NCBI GenBank assembly: GCA_934465535.1
Contig: CAKSKV010000004.1
Coordinates: 41,715-105,714, forward strand
DNA: 64,000 nt
Reading direction: 5' to 3'
Origin: an uncultured Clostridia bacterium
GTDB taxonomy: Bacteria; Bacillota; Clostridia; Christensenellales; QALW01
The position numbers were made by a program, and so were the translations under genes. Shown one piece after another: positions 37,702 to 47,227 of this stretch. The notes under the pieces are model-generated. The model ran no database searches. It was not told the origin of the DNA and saw only the letters and a list, made by a program, of their open reading frames with translations. Positions within the stretch are counted from its first letter, which is position 1. Each line of letters opens with the position of its first letter.

Positions 37702-37749
37702 CCGCGCCGGATGTTTTTCAGGCGGCTTCCGCCGGGAATATAATACAGC

Positions 37750-37796
37750 AAAGAACGCACCGTATCTGCCGTACAGACACGGTGCGTTCTTTTTAT
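37750..37796 (+). terminator. rho-independent terminator after dusB
   Basis: AAAGAACGCACCGT..ACGGTGCGTTCTTT, a 14-bp stem, followed by TTATT. Confidence 0.75.
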
Positions 37797-37804
37797 TCCG
37801 GGTT

Positions 37805-38135
37805 TCAGGAATCGTAATCGTAGGGGATTTTGTTTTTTCTTTCCCCCTTAAGATTCAGTATATAACCGTCCTCCACCTTGCACCACCAGTTCGGGTCGTG
37901 TCCCGGCAGATCCTCCAGTATATCCTCATCGGTTACATTGGTGGTTCTTACAAATTCGAGATCGCCTACAAAAATCTCAATCTGCGCATAATCCCTGCCG
38001 TCCTTGTCGCTGAAAACCACCTCATAGGTATTAAGCCCTTATTTCGGACAGAATTATAACGCCTATGTCCCCCTTTTTTACACCTTCGTTTTCATATTTG
38101 TCCGTAGTGACCCGGACTTCGTCCAACCACTGCAT
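37805..38135 (-). pseudogene. DUF4926-like small protein, interrupted by a frameshift
   Basis: ATG 38135 (after GGGGAGGAAA) gives MQWLDEVRVTTDKYENEGVKKGDIGVIILSEIRA*. The frame offset by one base, open from 38038, encodes GLNTYEVVFSDKDGRDYAQIEIF... Removing one G from the GGG run at ~38036-38038 fuses them into a ~105-aa protein. Confidence 0.45.
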
Positions 38136-38150
38136 ATGTATTTCCTCCCC

Positions 38151-38729
38151 TTAGTCCTTTATTAACGGTGTGGTGATTTTTATCTTGCCGTACGGCCATG
38201 CCATACAGCCGGTGTGACAGTTAAAGTATTCGCCCGGATGCTCCCGTTTCCCTCTCAGAACTGTTTTTACCGTAAAACGCTGTCCGTGAATGTCCGGTCT
38301 GTTCAGGGTGTAGCCGGAGGATAAATAGCTTTTTTCCGTTTCGCGCTTTATAAGCTCGTATACCTCCTGATAATCATCGGGTATATAGCCCATGGAATGC
38401 ATCATGGCTTTTTTATTTTCATTCTTGAATAAATAATCAGTGATTTTTCTGATCGGAAAATCAAAAACCGCCTTGTTCAGCGTGTACTTCGTGATTTTGC
38501 ACTTGCAATGGGGGTGATAATACTCCGGCTTATTGTCATTGCGAAAAACCGTATTGTTAAGGGCTGCACACAGCGCGCAGGTACGCGTTTTTTCATCTGT
38601 TACGGCAACACCGCTGCTTGTTTCAATATCCTCCGGGCTTTCGTTTTCCCGTATAACGAAATCGTTGTCCGATGCCGCAAAGATATTGGAAACCATCCGA
38701 TTGATATTTTCAAACATATTATACAGCAA
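38151..38729 (-). CDS. toxin-module-like protein (SPP1 gp7/Mu F-type Cys motif plus DUF6883-like C-terminus)
   Basis: TRTCALCAALNNTVFRNDNKPEYYHPHCKCKI resembles the C-terminal motif of phage head-morphogenesis (Mu F) domains often fused to polymorphic toxins. KITDYLFKNENKKAMMHSMGY..GQRFTVKTVL.. resembles DUF6883 (recollection). The DNA is AT-rich. Confidence 0.5.
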   Translation of the reverse strand: MLYNMFENINRMVSNIFAASDNDFVIRENESPEDIETSSGVAVTDEKTRTCALCAALNNTVFRNDNKPEYYHPHCKCKITKYTLNKAVFDFPIRKITDYLFKNENKKAMMHSMGYIPDDYQEVYELIKRETEKSYLSSGYTLNRPDIHGQRFTVKTVLRGKREHPGEYFNCHTGCMAWPYGKIKITTPLIKD

Positions 38730-38896
38730 ATCTCCTTTTATGAAATAATTTAATTAAGGAAAAACTAAGTCACAGAAAAATAATAACGCGTGTTTTGTGC
38801 CGTATAATATATTTGTGCCGTATTTCGGAGTAGGATTTGTTTTTTTGCCGCATTTAAGAACATCGGATTTTTGCCGGGTCATTGTTTACCGCAGAA

Positions 38897-38931
38897 ATTA
38901 AAAAATCCCCCGGCGGGTATGCTCCGGGGGG
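38897..38931 (-). terminator. rho-independent terminator of the MarR-ABC operon
   Basis: On the minus strand, a CCCCCGG..CCGGGGG stem followed by ATTTTTTAATTT. Confidence 0.6.
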
Positions 38932-38982
38932 AAAATACTGCTTTTTCGGCTTTGCCGCAGGGGGTATTTTTGTTTTTACGGC

Positions 38983-40896
38983 TTATTCCAGCTCAAAGGC
39001 GCCGGTGTAAAGCCTGTAATACTGACCCTTCTGGGCTATCAGCTTTTCGTGAGAGCCTTTTTCTATTATATGTCCGTGATCCAGCACCATTATCACATCG
39101 GCGTTCTGCACGGTGGAAAGCCTGTGGGCTATTACAAACACGGTTCTGCCCTTCATAAGGTTATCCATGCCGCGCTGCACAATGGCCTCGGTGCGGGTAT
39201 CAATGGAGCTTGTGGCTTCGTCCAGTATCATAACAGGGGGGTCCGCCACAGCCGCGCGGGCAATGGAGAGCAGCTGGCGCTGACCCTGAGAAAGCCCGGA
39301 GCCGTCGCCGGAGAGCATGGTCTGATAACCGTTTGGCAGCATACGGATAAAGCCGTCCGCGTCCACGAGCTTTGCCGCGGCAATACATTCTTCATCGGTG
39401 GCATCCAGCCGTCCGTAGCGAATGTTTTCCATAACGGTGCCGGTAAAGAGGTTTACATCCTGAAGCACCACGCCCAGCGACCGCCGCAGATCCGGCTTGC
39501 GTATTTTGTTTATGTTTATGCCGTCATAGCGTATCTTGCCGTCCGCAATATCGTAAAAACGGTTTATAAGGTTGGTGATGGTGGTTTTGCCCGCGCCGGT
39601 CGCGCCCACAAAGGCCACCTTCTGTCCGGGCTCTGCATACACGCTTACATCGTGAAGCACGATTTTATCCGGCGTGTAGCCGAAGTCAACATCCACAAGA
39701 CGCACATCGCCCGTAAGGGGGGTGTAGGTAAGAGTGCCGTCCCCGTGGGGATGCTTCCATGCCCACAGACCCGTGCGCTCCGAGGTTTCCGTAAGAGTGC
39801 CGTTTTCGTTTTTGACATTTACAAGGGTAACATAGCCCTCGTCCTTCTCCGACGGCTCATCCATAAGCGCAAATATACGCTCGGCTCCGGCAAGCGCCAT
39901 GATTATGGAGGACATCTGGGAGGACACCTGGCTTATGGGCTGCGTGAAGGAGCGGGACAGCTGCAAAAACGCCGCTACACCGCCCAGAGTCAGCCCGCCG
40001 ACGCCGCCCAGCACCATAGAGCCGCCGATTATGGCAAGCAGCACATACTGCAAATGCCCAAGGTTGCCCATTATGGGCATAAGAATGTTGGCAAACACAT
40101 TCGCCTTTGTGGCGTTGCGGCAAAGCTCGTCGTTCTTTTCGTCAAACTCTTTGCGGCATACATCCTCGTGGCAGAACACCTTTACTACCTTCTGGCCGTT
40201 CATCATCTCTTCGATGTAGCCGTTTACATCGCCCAGGGATTTCTGCTGCTGCACGAAGAATTTGCCGCTCTTGCCGCCGATCACCTTGGCTATCCACATG
40301 GTGCCTGCCGTCATAAGCAGCACGATAAGGGTCATCCATATGTTGGTGATGCACATGGTTATAAACACCGATATTACCGTTACCGCCGAGGAGAACAGCT
40401 GCGGCACGGACTGCGATATAAGCTGGCGCAGCGTATCGGTATCGTTGGTGTAGCAGCTCATGACATCGCCGTGGGCGTGAGTGTCAAAATATTTTATGGG
40501 CAGGGTCTGCATGTGCTCAAACATGCCGTCGCGCACCTTTTTCTGTACGCCCTGAGCCACCGTTACCATCAGCCGGTTGTAGCCGAAGGTGCAAAGCAGA
40601 CCTATCAGGTATATGCACGCCATGCGTATTATGGCAAGCACCATGTTAGTATAGTCCGGCGCAATGCCGTTTTTCACCCCGTCAAGCAGCGGGTCGATAT
40701 AGGTGTCTATCATGGTTTTGATAAAGGTGGAGCCGATAACGCCGGTTACCGCGCTTATGATTATCCCCAGCGCCACCAGTATCAGATGAAGCTTGTATTC
40801 CTTCATATAGGAAAGCAGGCGCACTATTGTTTTTTTGTCGGCCTTTTTGCCTTTCGCGCCCATGCCGGGGCCGGGCCGTCTTCCGCCGTGCATCAT
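38983..40896 (-). CDS. ABC exporter permease/ATPase (heterodimer partner B)
   Basis: Six-helix TMD and an NBD with GATGAGKTT, LSQGQRQL, MILDEATS. 4-nt start/stop overlap with the upstream ABC gene. Confidence 0.9.
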   Translation of the reverse strand: MMHGGRRPGPGMGAKGKKADKKTIVRLLSYMKEYKLHLILVALGIIISAVTGVIGSTFIKTMIDTYIDPLLDGVKNGIAPDYTNMVLAIIRMACIYLIGLLCTFGYNRLMVTVAQGVQKKVRDGMFEHMQTLPIKYFDTHAHGDVMSCYTNDTDTLRQLISQSVPQLFSSAVTVISVFITMCITNIWMTLIVLLMTAGTMWIAKVIGGKSGKFFVQQQKSLGDVNGYIEEMMNGQKVVKVFCHEDVCRKEFDEKNDELCRNATKANVFANILMPIMGNLGHLQYVLLAIIGGSMVLGGVGGLTLGGVAAFLQLSRSFTQPISQVSSQMSSIIMALAGAERIFALMDEPSEKDEGYVTLVNVKNENGTLTETSERTGLWAWKHPHGDGTLTYTPLTGDVRLVDVDFGYTPDKIVLHDVSVYAEPGQKVAFVGATGAGKTTITNLINRFYDIADGKIRYDGININKIRKPDLRRSLGVVLQDVNLFTGTVMENIRYGRLDATDEECIAAAKLVDADGFIRMLPNGYQTMLSGDGSGLSQGQRQLLSIARAAVADPPVMILDEATSSIDTRTEAIVQRGMDNLMKGRTVFVIAHRLSTVQNADVIMVLDHGHIIEKGSHEKLIAQKGQYYRLYTGAFELE

Positions 40897-42632
40897 TTCT
40901 GCTCGCCTCCTCTGTTCTGCGAGGTGTAGACCTCTTTATATATAGCACAGCTCTGCATCAGCTGGTCGTGAGTTCCCACGGCGTCAACCGCGCCCTCGTT
41001 CATAACCACTATCATATCGGCATCCTGCACCGAGGAAAGGCGCTGCGCAATGATTATCTTGGTGGTTTTGGGCAGCTCGTTTACAAAGGCCTGGCGTATC
41101 ATGGCGTCGGTGTGGGTGTCCACCGCCGAGGTGGAATCGTCCATTATAAGCACCTTGGGCTTGGCCAGCAGCGCGCGGGCTATGCACAGACGCTGCTTCT
41201 GCCCGCCGGAGACATTGGTGCCGCCCTGCTCAATGTAGGTGTCGTAGCCGTCGGGGAAGGTTTTTATGAATTCATCCGCGCAGGCCACCTTGCAGGCGTG
41301 CTCTATCTCCTCATCGGTAGCCTCCGCATTGCCCCAGCGCAGGTTTTCCTTTATGGTGCCGCTGAAGAGGACATTTTTCTGAAGCACCATAGCCACGCCG
41401 TGGCGGAGCGCATCAAGGTCGTAAGCCCGTACATCCACATCGCCCACCTTAACGCAGCCCTCTTTGGCATCGTACAGGCGGGGAATAAGCTGCACAAGGC
41501 TGGATTTCGAGCTGCCCGTGCCGCCGATTATGCCTACAGTCTGCCCCTCCTTTATGTGCAGGTTTATATTTTTAAGCACCTGCGTGTCGCGCTCTTTGGA
41601 ATAGGAAAAGCATACATTTTCAAAATCCACATCGCCGTTTGCCACTGTCTTTAACGCGTTTTCGGGGGATACTATATCGGATTGCTCATCCAGCACCTCC
41701 ACTATACGCTCGGCGCTTGCCCGGCTCATGGTTATCATAACAAACACCATGGAAAGCATCATAAGGCTCATAAGTATCTGCATGGTATAGGTCATAAGGC
41801 TCATAAGCTGACCCGTAGTCATAACGGTGGAGCCGCTGCCCACTATAAGCTTTGCGCCGAAGTAGCATATAAGCAGCATGCAGGCGTATACGGCAAGCTG
41901 CATAAGGGGCATGTTGAAGGCCAGAATCTTTTCCGCCTTTACAAAATCGGTGTATATCTCGCCGGATACCTTCTTGAACTTTTTATCCTCAAAATCCTCG
42001 CGGACATAGGATTTTACCACCCTTATGCCGCGCAGATTCTCCTGTACCACGCTGTTTAGCTTATCGTACTTTTTGAAGCCGCGGGTGAAAACCGGGTGCA
42101 CGCGGGTCATTATAAAGTAAAGCCCCACGCCCAGTACGGGCAGCGCCGCCACAAACACGAGGGACAGCTCTACATTTATCCTGAAGGACATCACCATTGC
42201 AAATATCAGCATCATCGGGCAGCGCACCGCGATGCGGGTTATCATCTGAAACGAGTTCTGCACATTGGTAACATCGGTGGTCAGCCTTGTTATAAGGCTG
42301 GAGGTGGAGTATTTATCAATGTTTGAAAAGGAAAAGTCCTGTATTTTATTGAAAATATCGTGCCTGAGGTTGCGCGCAAAGCCCGCCGACGCCTCCGAGG
42401 CAAACTTGCCCGCCAATGCGCCGAAGGTAAGGGACAGCGCGCAGCAGCCCACCAGAATAAGCCCCATTTTAAGTATATAGTTCATGTCCCCGCCCTCGAC
42501 GCCTTTATCAATGAGCGCCGCCATAAGGGTGGGTATGACCACCTCCATTATAACCTCAAAGGTTACGGTTATCGGGGTGGCTATTGCAGCGGCCTTGAAT
42601 TCCCGCACGCTGCGTGCCAGTTTTTTTATCAT
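40893..42632 (-). CDS. ABC exporter permease/ATPase (heterodimer partner A)
   Basis: TMD and an NBD with GGTGSSKSS, VSGGQKQR, LIMDDSTS. 4-nt overlap with marR. Confidence 0.9.
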   Translation of the reverse strand: MIKKLARSVREFKAAAIATPITVTFEVIMEVVIPTLMAALIDKGVEGGDMNYILKMGLILVGCCALSLTFGALAGKFASEASAGFARNLRHDIFNKIQDFSFSNIDKYSTSSLITRLTTDVTNVQNSFQMITRIAVRCPMMLIFAMVMSFRINVELSLVFVAALPVLGVGLYFIMTRVHPVFTRGFKKYDKLNSVVQENLRGIRVVKSYVREDFEDKKFKKVSGEIYTDFVKAEKILAFNMPLMQLAVYACMLLICYFGAKLIVGSGSTVMTTGQLMSLMTYTMQILMSLMMLSMVFVMITMSRASAERIVEVLDEQSDIVSPENALKTVANGDVDFENVCFSYSKERDTQVLKNINLHIKEGQTVGIIGGTGSSKSSLVQLIPRLYDAKEGCVKVGDVDVRAYDLDALRHGVAMVLQKNVLFSGTIKENLRWGNAEATDEEIEHACKVACADEFIKTFPDGYDTYIEQGGTNVSGGQKQRLCIARALLAKPKVLIMDDSTSAVDTHTDAMIRQAFVNELPKTTKIIIAQRLSSVQDADMIVVMNEGAVDAVGTHDQLMQSCAIYKEVYTSQNRGGEQK

Positions 42633-43216
42633 ATTGCCTTCCGATCCGCCTTTTCGGATCTCTCCTTTCCGTTGTCTGCGTCCTTTGCCGAAAGCGTGCT
42701 TTTTGTTTTACCGTTTTTGCATTCGATGCAAGGGCGGGGCGAAGCTTCGTCCTCTGCTGCGCCGAAAGAGCGCAGATTTTCCCGTATTGCCGTTATAACC
42801 GAGAAAAAGGTCTGCATATCCTCGGGCGGAATGTCCCGGCACATGCTGCGCTCCATCTCCTCTATATCGTTTATAACGCACAGATGCAGCTCCCGTCCGC
42901 GCGGAGTAAGCTTAAGCTGCTTAAGGCGCGCATCGTCCTTTACCCCCACGCGCTCTATAAGACCGTTTTTTTCCATAAGCTGCACAAGCTTTGTAACGGT
43001 GGAGCGCCGCACGCCGAAATCCCGCTCCATATCGCGCTGGTATACCGCTTTGTTTTCCTGCTCCCGGCTGTACATATACCCCAGTACCCAGCCGTGCACC
43101 CCCGTAAGCTCATCGGCGTATTTCTTGGAGGAATACTCATCCATGGTGCGCCGTATCATGTTTGCAAGCGTGCGCACCTGAAAGCCTACGGTGTTCTCTC
43201 TTTCCACTAAAGTCAC
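42629..43216 (-). CDS. MarR-family transcriptional regulator
   Basis: Winged-helix pattern (RRSTVTKLVQLMEKNGLIERV..DDARLKQLKLTPRG). First gene of the three-gene operon. Confidence 0.85.
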   Translation of the reverse strand: MTLVERENTVGFQVRTLANMIRRTMDEYSSKKYADELTGVHGWVLGYMYSREQENKAVYQRDMERDFGVRRSTVTKLVQLMEKNGLIERVGVKDDARLKQLKLTPRGRELHLCVINDIEEMERSMCRDIPPEDMQTFFSVITAIRENLRSFGAAEDEASPRPCIECKNGKTKSTLSAKDADNGKERSEKADRKAI

Positions 43217-43272
43217 CTCCCGGAATCACTGCCCGAAACCGTGTGCGGGCGGATTTTGTTTCCGTAAAAACA

Positions 43273-43288
43273 TGTTAGCTTGCTAACA
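43273..43288. promoter_or_regulatory. candidate MarR operator palindrome
   Basis: TGTTAGC-TT-GCTAACA, perfect 7-bp arms, lying between a minus-strand TATAAT (43301-43306) and the marR start. Confidence 0.45.
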
Positions 43289-43579
43289 GATTCATTGCAT
43301 ATTATATTCATTTGAAAATATATGTCAACCGTCTTTTTGCAAGTTTCGGGCTGCGCCGGAACATTTCACATTTTATTAATTTTTGCTGCGTTTTATGTAA
43401 TTCGGGCGTTAAACGGCGCGCTCTCATGCGCGCGGGCTGCGCCGCAGGCGGAAAAAATAAATTGTATAATCCGGCAAAAAGGGAACAATAATCCTTACAG
43501 CAAAAATACACAGCAAAATACTGCCGGGACATATCCGGCAAACGCTTTTTACGGCAAAGCATTTATAACGGAGGCGGCA

Positions 43580-44971
43580 ATGGGCTTTTATAAGGATATA
43601 AACAAAAACCTTGCCTTTTTGCGGGAGTATATGGCGCGCGCGTCGGACTGCAAGCTGCGCCGCATATACAGCGGAAACACGGAATGCGCCGTGGTTTTCA
43701 CGGAAACCACTGTTTCCCAGCAGCTGCTGGAGCAGAATGTGATAGCCCGGCTTATGCATATTGCGGTGCGGGATAAGGATCTTGACCAGGTGCGCCGCAG
43801 CGCTACCTCGGCGGGGCAGATAACCGTGCTGTCCTCTCTTGATCAGGCACCCGCGGAGCTGGCGGGCGGCATGACGCTTTTGTTTGTGGACGGCGTAGCG
43901 GGCTGTCTGTCGGTGGATGTGCGGAAGCTGCCCTCAAGAAGCGTGGAGGAGCCCGCCATAGACAAAACCATACTGGGCGCGAGGGACGGCTTTACCGAAT
44001 CGGTGGGGGAAAACCTGGGGCTTATCCGTAAGCGCATACGCTCCGAGCTGCTGGGAGTGCGCACCGTGTTTGCCGGCAGCGGAAGAACCAAGTGCTATCT
44101 TCTGTGGATGGATGACGATATGCTCCCCCTTGTGGACAAGCTTACAAAAACCATTGAAAAGCTGGACGGCGGACTGTGCCTTACCGTGCGCGACATACTG
44201 CCCGCCGTAAGCCCGCGTTCGGTGTTTCCCACGCAGAAGCTGACCGAGCGCCCCGATACCGTATGCTCCCTTTTGCCCAAAGGACGGGTGGTGCTGCTTA
44301 TGGACGGTCAGCCCGTGGCGGTCTGCTTCCCCACTACGCTGTGGGAGCTGTTTGAATCCCCAAACGACGCCTCCATAGCCTCGGCGCTTGCCCGCGCCAT
44401 GACCCTTCTGCGGTTTATCGGCGCGCTTTTGTGCATAACCCTGCCCGGGCTGTATGTGGCGCTGCTGAATTATAACCGCGCGCTTCTGCCCCCGGAGGTA
44501 ACCTCCCTTGTGATAGAGGCGGAAAGCAAGATTGCCCTTTCCCTGCTGCCGGAGGTGCTTATAACATGGGTGCTGGTGGCGCTTATATTTCAGGTGGGGG
44601 TGGCGCTGCCCTCCACCGTGGGCGGCACCATCGGCATTTTCGGCTCCATAGTGCTGGGGCAGGCGCTGGTAACTGCCGGGGTGGCAAGCGAGCTGACGCT
44701 GCTGGTGGTGATAACCTCATCGGTAAGCGGCTATGCCGTGCCGAATTATCCGCTTAATATCGCGCTTCGCCATGTGAGCCTTATAGTGCTTATGTTTTCT
44801 GCGGCGCTGGGGCTTATAGGCACCGGGCTTGCCCTTGTTGCGCTTTTTGCGCGCCTGCTTGCCCTTACCTCGGCATCGTACCCCTATTTGCCCATACGCG
44901 CAAAGCGGGGCTGCGTAACGGCGGATGAGCTGGCCCTGAAAATGTCAAAAAGAACCGGGTCGCGCCGTTAA
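43580..44971 (+). CDS. spore germination protein, GerA-family A subunit
   Basis: Start at ATG 43580 (MGFYKDINKNLAFLREYM). Typical GerAA soluble N-domain followed by a C-terminal multi-TM region. Confidence 0.85.
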   Translation: MGFYKDINKNLAFLREYMARASDCKLRRIYSGNTECAVVFTETTVSQQLLEQNVIARLMHIAVRDKDLDQVRRSATSAGQITVLSSLDQAPAELAGGMTLLFVDGVAGCLSVDVRKLPSRSVEEPAIDKTILGARDGFTESVGENLGLIRKRIRSELLGVRTVFAGSGRTKCYLLWMDDDMLPLVDKLTKTIEKLDGGLCLTVRDILPAVSPRSVFPTQKLTERPDTVCSLLPKGRVVLLMDGQPVAVCFPTTLWELFESPNDASIASALARAMTLLRFIGALLCITLPGLYVALLNYNRALLPPEVTSLVIEAESKIALSLLPEVLITWVLVALIFQVGVALPSTVGGTIGIFGSIVLGQALVTAGVASELTLLVVITSSVSGYAVPNYPLNIALRHVSLIVLMFSAALGLIGTGLALVALFARLLALTSASYPYLPIRAKRGCVTADELALKMSKRTGSRR

Positions 44972-45081
44972 TGGCGAAAGAGCGTCAGCGCCGGGCCGTG
45001 GGCGGAACGCGTACGGCGGGCAGAAGCCGGCGCCGGCGCACGGGACTTTGCATACATTATATTTATATCCGGAGATGAAAA

Positions 45082-45969
45082 ATGAAAGAACACGGAGCGG
45101 GCTTCTTTTCCCTTTTCGGAACGCTGCTGGGAAGCGGCATATTTTTGGTGCCCTCGTTTGCCGCAAGGGCGGGCAGCGGCGGATGGCTTGTGCCAGTTAT
45201 GGTGCTGCCGCTGCTTGCGGCGGTATTTCTGTTTTTGTACCACGCCGCCCTTATAAGGCTGCCCGGTACCCTTATGCAGTGCCTTCGCGTGGCTTATGCG
45301 GTGCTGTGCGCCTTTCTTGCCGCCTGTGCGCTTTGCCTTGCGTCCGTGCTGTGCCGGGACCTTATGCTTCCCGGGGCGGAGCCTGTGCTGCTTATTGCGG
45401 TGTCGGCGGGGGTGCTGTATTTCTGTATTGCCACCGAGCATACCGTGTGCGGGCTGAATCTGATGTTTTTTGCCTGCCTTGCCGTTATAACCCTTATGCA
45501 GCTGCTAAGCCTTACGCAGGGGCGCACCGAACGGCTGTCGGCAAGCCTGTCGGAGCCGCTTGAGGCGGGGCTTGGCATGCTCCCGTTTTTTTCCGGCATA
45601 ATGACGGTGCCCGCCCTTGTCCGGCGCGGCGTAAAAAAACGCTCCATGCTGCTGGCGCTGGTGCTGTCCTGCGCCGTTTATGCCCTTATAACCGCCGTAT
45701 GCATTGCGGTGCTTGGTGACAAGGCCTGCGCCGGAGAGAGCTATGCGGCCCTTATCGTGCTTAAAAGCGGCACGGTGCTGCTTAACATGCGCCTGTTTTT
45801 TGCAAGCATAAGCTTCAGCTTGGTCATGCTCAAGCCCGCCGTCAATCTCGGCTGGGCGGCGCTTGCCTCGGCGGAGGAGGTAATAAAAAGCAAGTGGCTG
45901 CGCCCCGGAATATGCGCCTTCGTGCTGGCGGCGGCGCTGCTTATGCGCGGCATTATACAAAGCTTCTGA
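45082..45969 (+). CDS. spore germination protein, GerAB-like permease subunit
   Basis: Polytopic membrane protein directly after the A subunit. Shorter (295 aa) than typical B subunits. Confidence 0.55.
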   Translation: MKEHGAGFFSLFGTLLGSGIFLVPSFAARAGSGGWLVPVMVLPLLAAVFLFLYHAALIRLPGTLMQCLRVAYAVLCAFLAACALCLASVLCRDLMLPGAEPVLLIAVSAGVLYFCIATEHTVCGLNLMFFACLAVITLMQLLSLTQGRTERLSASLSEPLEAGLGMLPFFSGIMTVPALVRRGVKKRSMLLALVLSCAVYALITAVCIAVLGDKACAGESYAALIVLKSGTVLLNMRLFFASISFSLVMLKPAVNLGWAALASAEEVIKSKWLRPGICAFVLAAALLMRGIIQSF

Positions 45970-46044
45970 TAAACGGCAAGGCCGCCCGTTCATATGCCCG
46001 ATGCGCTTCGGGGGCATACGCGCGCTTTGCAAAAAGGAGAAAAT

Positions 46045-46965
46045 ATGATGAAAGCATTGCAAAAAGCTGCCTCGGCGGGCCTGTGCGCCCTGCTTTTTCT
46101 GCTGTCGTGCTCGTTTTGCGCCTGCGGCGCTCAGCCCATTGAAAAAAGCGCGCATCCCGTAACGGTGGGAATAGACCTTGACCCGTCAAGCGGGCTGTAC
46201 ACCGAAAGCGGTCTTTATTATATGTATGACGGCGAAAGCATTTCCTTCAAGGAGCTTTCGGCGCAGGGGGTGAATATCGGGGATGCCACCGGCAAAAAGG
46301 CGGGGTACAGCTATGAAACGGTAAATTATTCCCTTCTGGGCGCAGTGGTGCTGGGGAAGGAGGTGCTCTCAAACGGCATAGGCGACCCCATGTTCACCTT
46401 TCTTGAGTGGCCGCTGCCCTCCGGCGATGTGCTGCTGTGCGCTGCCGATAACGCCGCGGTAATGGTAAAGGATCAGACCCTGCCCACGCTGCTTGCCAAT
46501 TCCTCATCCAAGACCTACAACCCGCGCGCTTCCCTTTCCGATTGCCTCACCGCCCTTTATGACGGCACTCCCCTTGTGCTGCCCCATGTTACGGACAATA
46601 ACGGCGCATATCTGGACGGCGCGGTGATCCTGAAGGACGGCGTGCTTGTGCAGCAGCTGGATGCGGCGCAGACGGCGCTGTGGGCAATGCTGTTTTATCC
46701 CTCCGGCTCCGGCTCCGTCACGGCGGGGGGCATAAGCGCGCAGCTTCAGACGGTGCGCCGCTTCAGCCTGGAAAACAGGTGCATAACCGTGGAGGCCGAA
46801 GCGCTTTTCACCTCCCCAGGCAGCCCGGAGGACTATGCGGCCGCCCTTGAGCAGGAGCTTTATAAGCTGCTTTCCGGCTTTGAGTGCGACGCCCTGCTTA
46901 TTGACAGGGTTATCGGCTGCCCCTATTCTCAGCTTACGGTGCAGCTTACGGTGCGCCGCTATTGA
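46045..46965 (+). CDS. spore germination lipoprotein, GerAC-like
   Basis: Start at ATG 46045 after AAGGAGA. Signal peptide with Cys lipobox (LLSCSFCACG). Third gene of the ger operon. Confidence 0.55.
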   Translation: MMKALQKAASAGLCALLFLLSCSFCACGAQPIEKSAHPVTVGIDLDPSSGLYTESGLYYMYDGESISFKELSAQGVNIGDATGKKAGYSYETVNYSLLGAVVLGKEVLSNGIGDPMFTFLEWPLPSGDVLLCAADNAAVMVKDQTLPTLLANSSSKTYNPRASLSDCLTALYDGTPLVLPHVTDNNGAYLDGAVILKDGVLVQQLDAAQTALWAMLFYPSGSGSVTAGGISAQLQTVRRFSLENRCITVEAEALFTSPGSPEDYAAALEQELYKLLSGFECDALLIDRVIGCPYSQLTVQLTVRRY

Positions 46966-47171
46966 GGCACCGCAAGGCACAAGCTTGCTGTCATGCGCTG
47001 TTTTTCGGGCTTTGCGCGCCCGTTTTTCCCTCTTTGCCGCCGGCTCTTTTCTTTTCCGCAGCCGCTTTTTTGCCCGTTTGCTTTTTTTGCCGGCGCCGCG
47101 CCGGTTTATTTTTGTTCACACAAAATACACGCAATATTTACAAAAGTCGTGATTTTAATTATATAAATTGC

Positions 47172-47200
47172 TTGACAAATTATATAAACGGGCGTACAAT
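47172..47200 (+). promoter_or_regulatory. near-consensus sigma-A promoter
   Basis: TTGACA, 17-nt spacer, TACAAT. Flanked by an 11-bp direct repeat TTTGTTCACAC (47111-47121 and 47200-47210). Confidence 0.55.
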
Positions 47201-47227
47201 TTGTTCACACTGAAAGGCGGGAGAAAG

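Noticed and set aside
39049-40929. 626-aa ORF on the plus strand. Similar long ORFs occur at 15881-17101(-), 48833-50431(-), 32661-34004(-), 53275-54588(-) and 8729-9649(-).
   Set aside because: Each lies antisense to a gene with unambiguous motifs (ABC NBDs, ClpB, SGNH and others). Their translations are Arg/His/Ala/Gly-rich low-complexity sequence, typical of shadow ORFs in GC-rich DNA.
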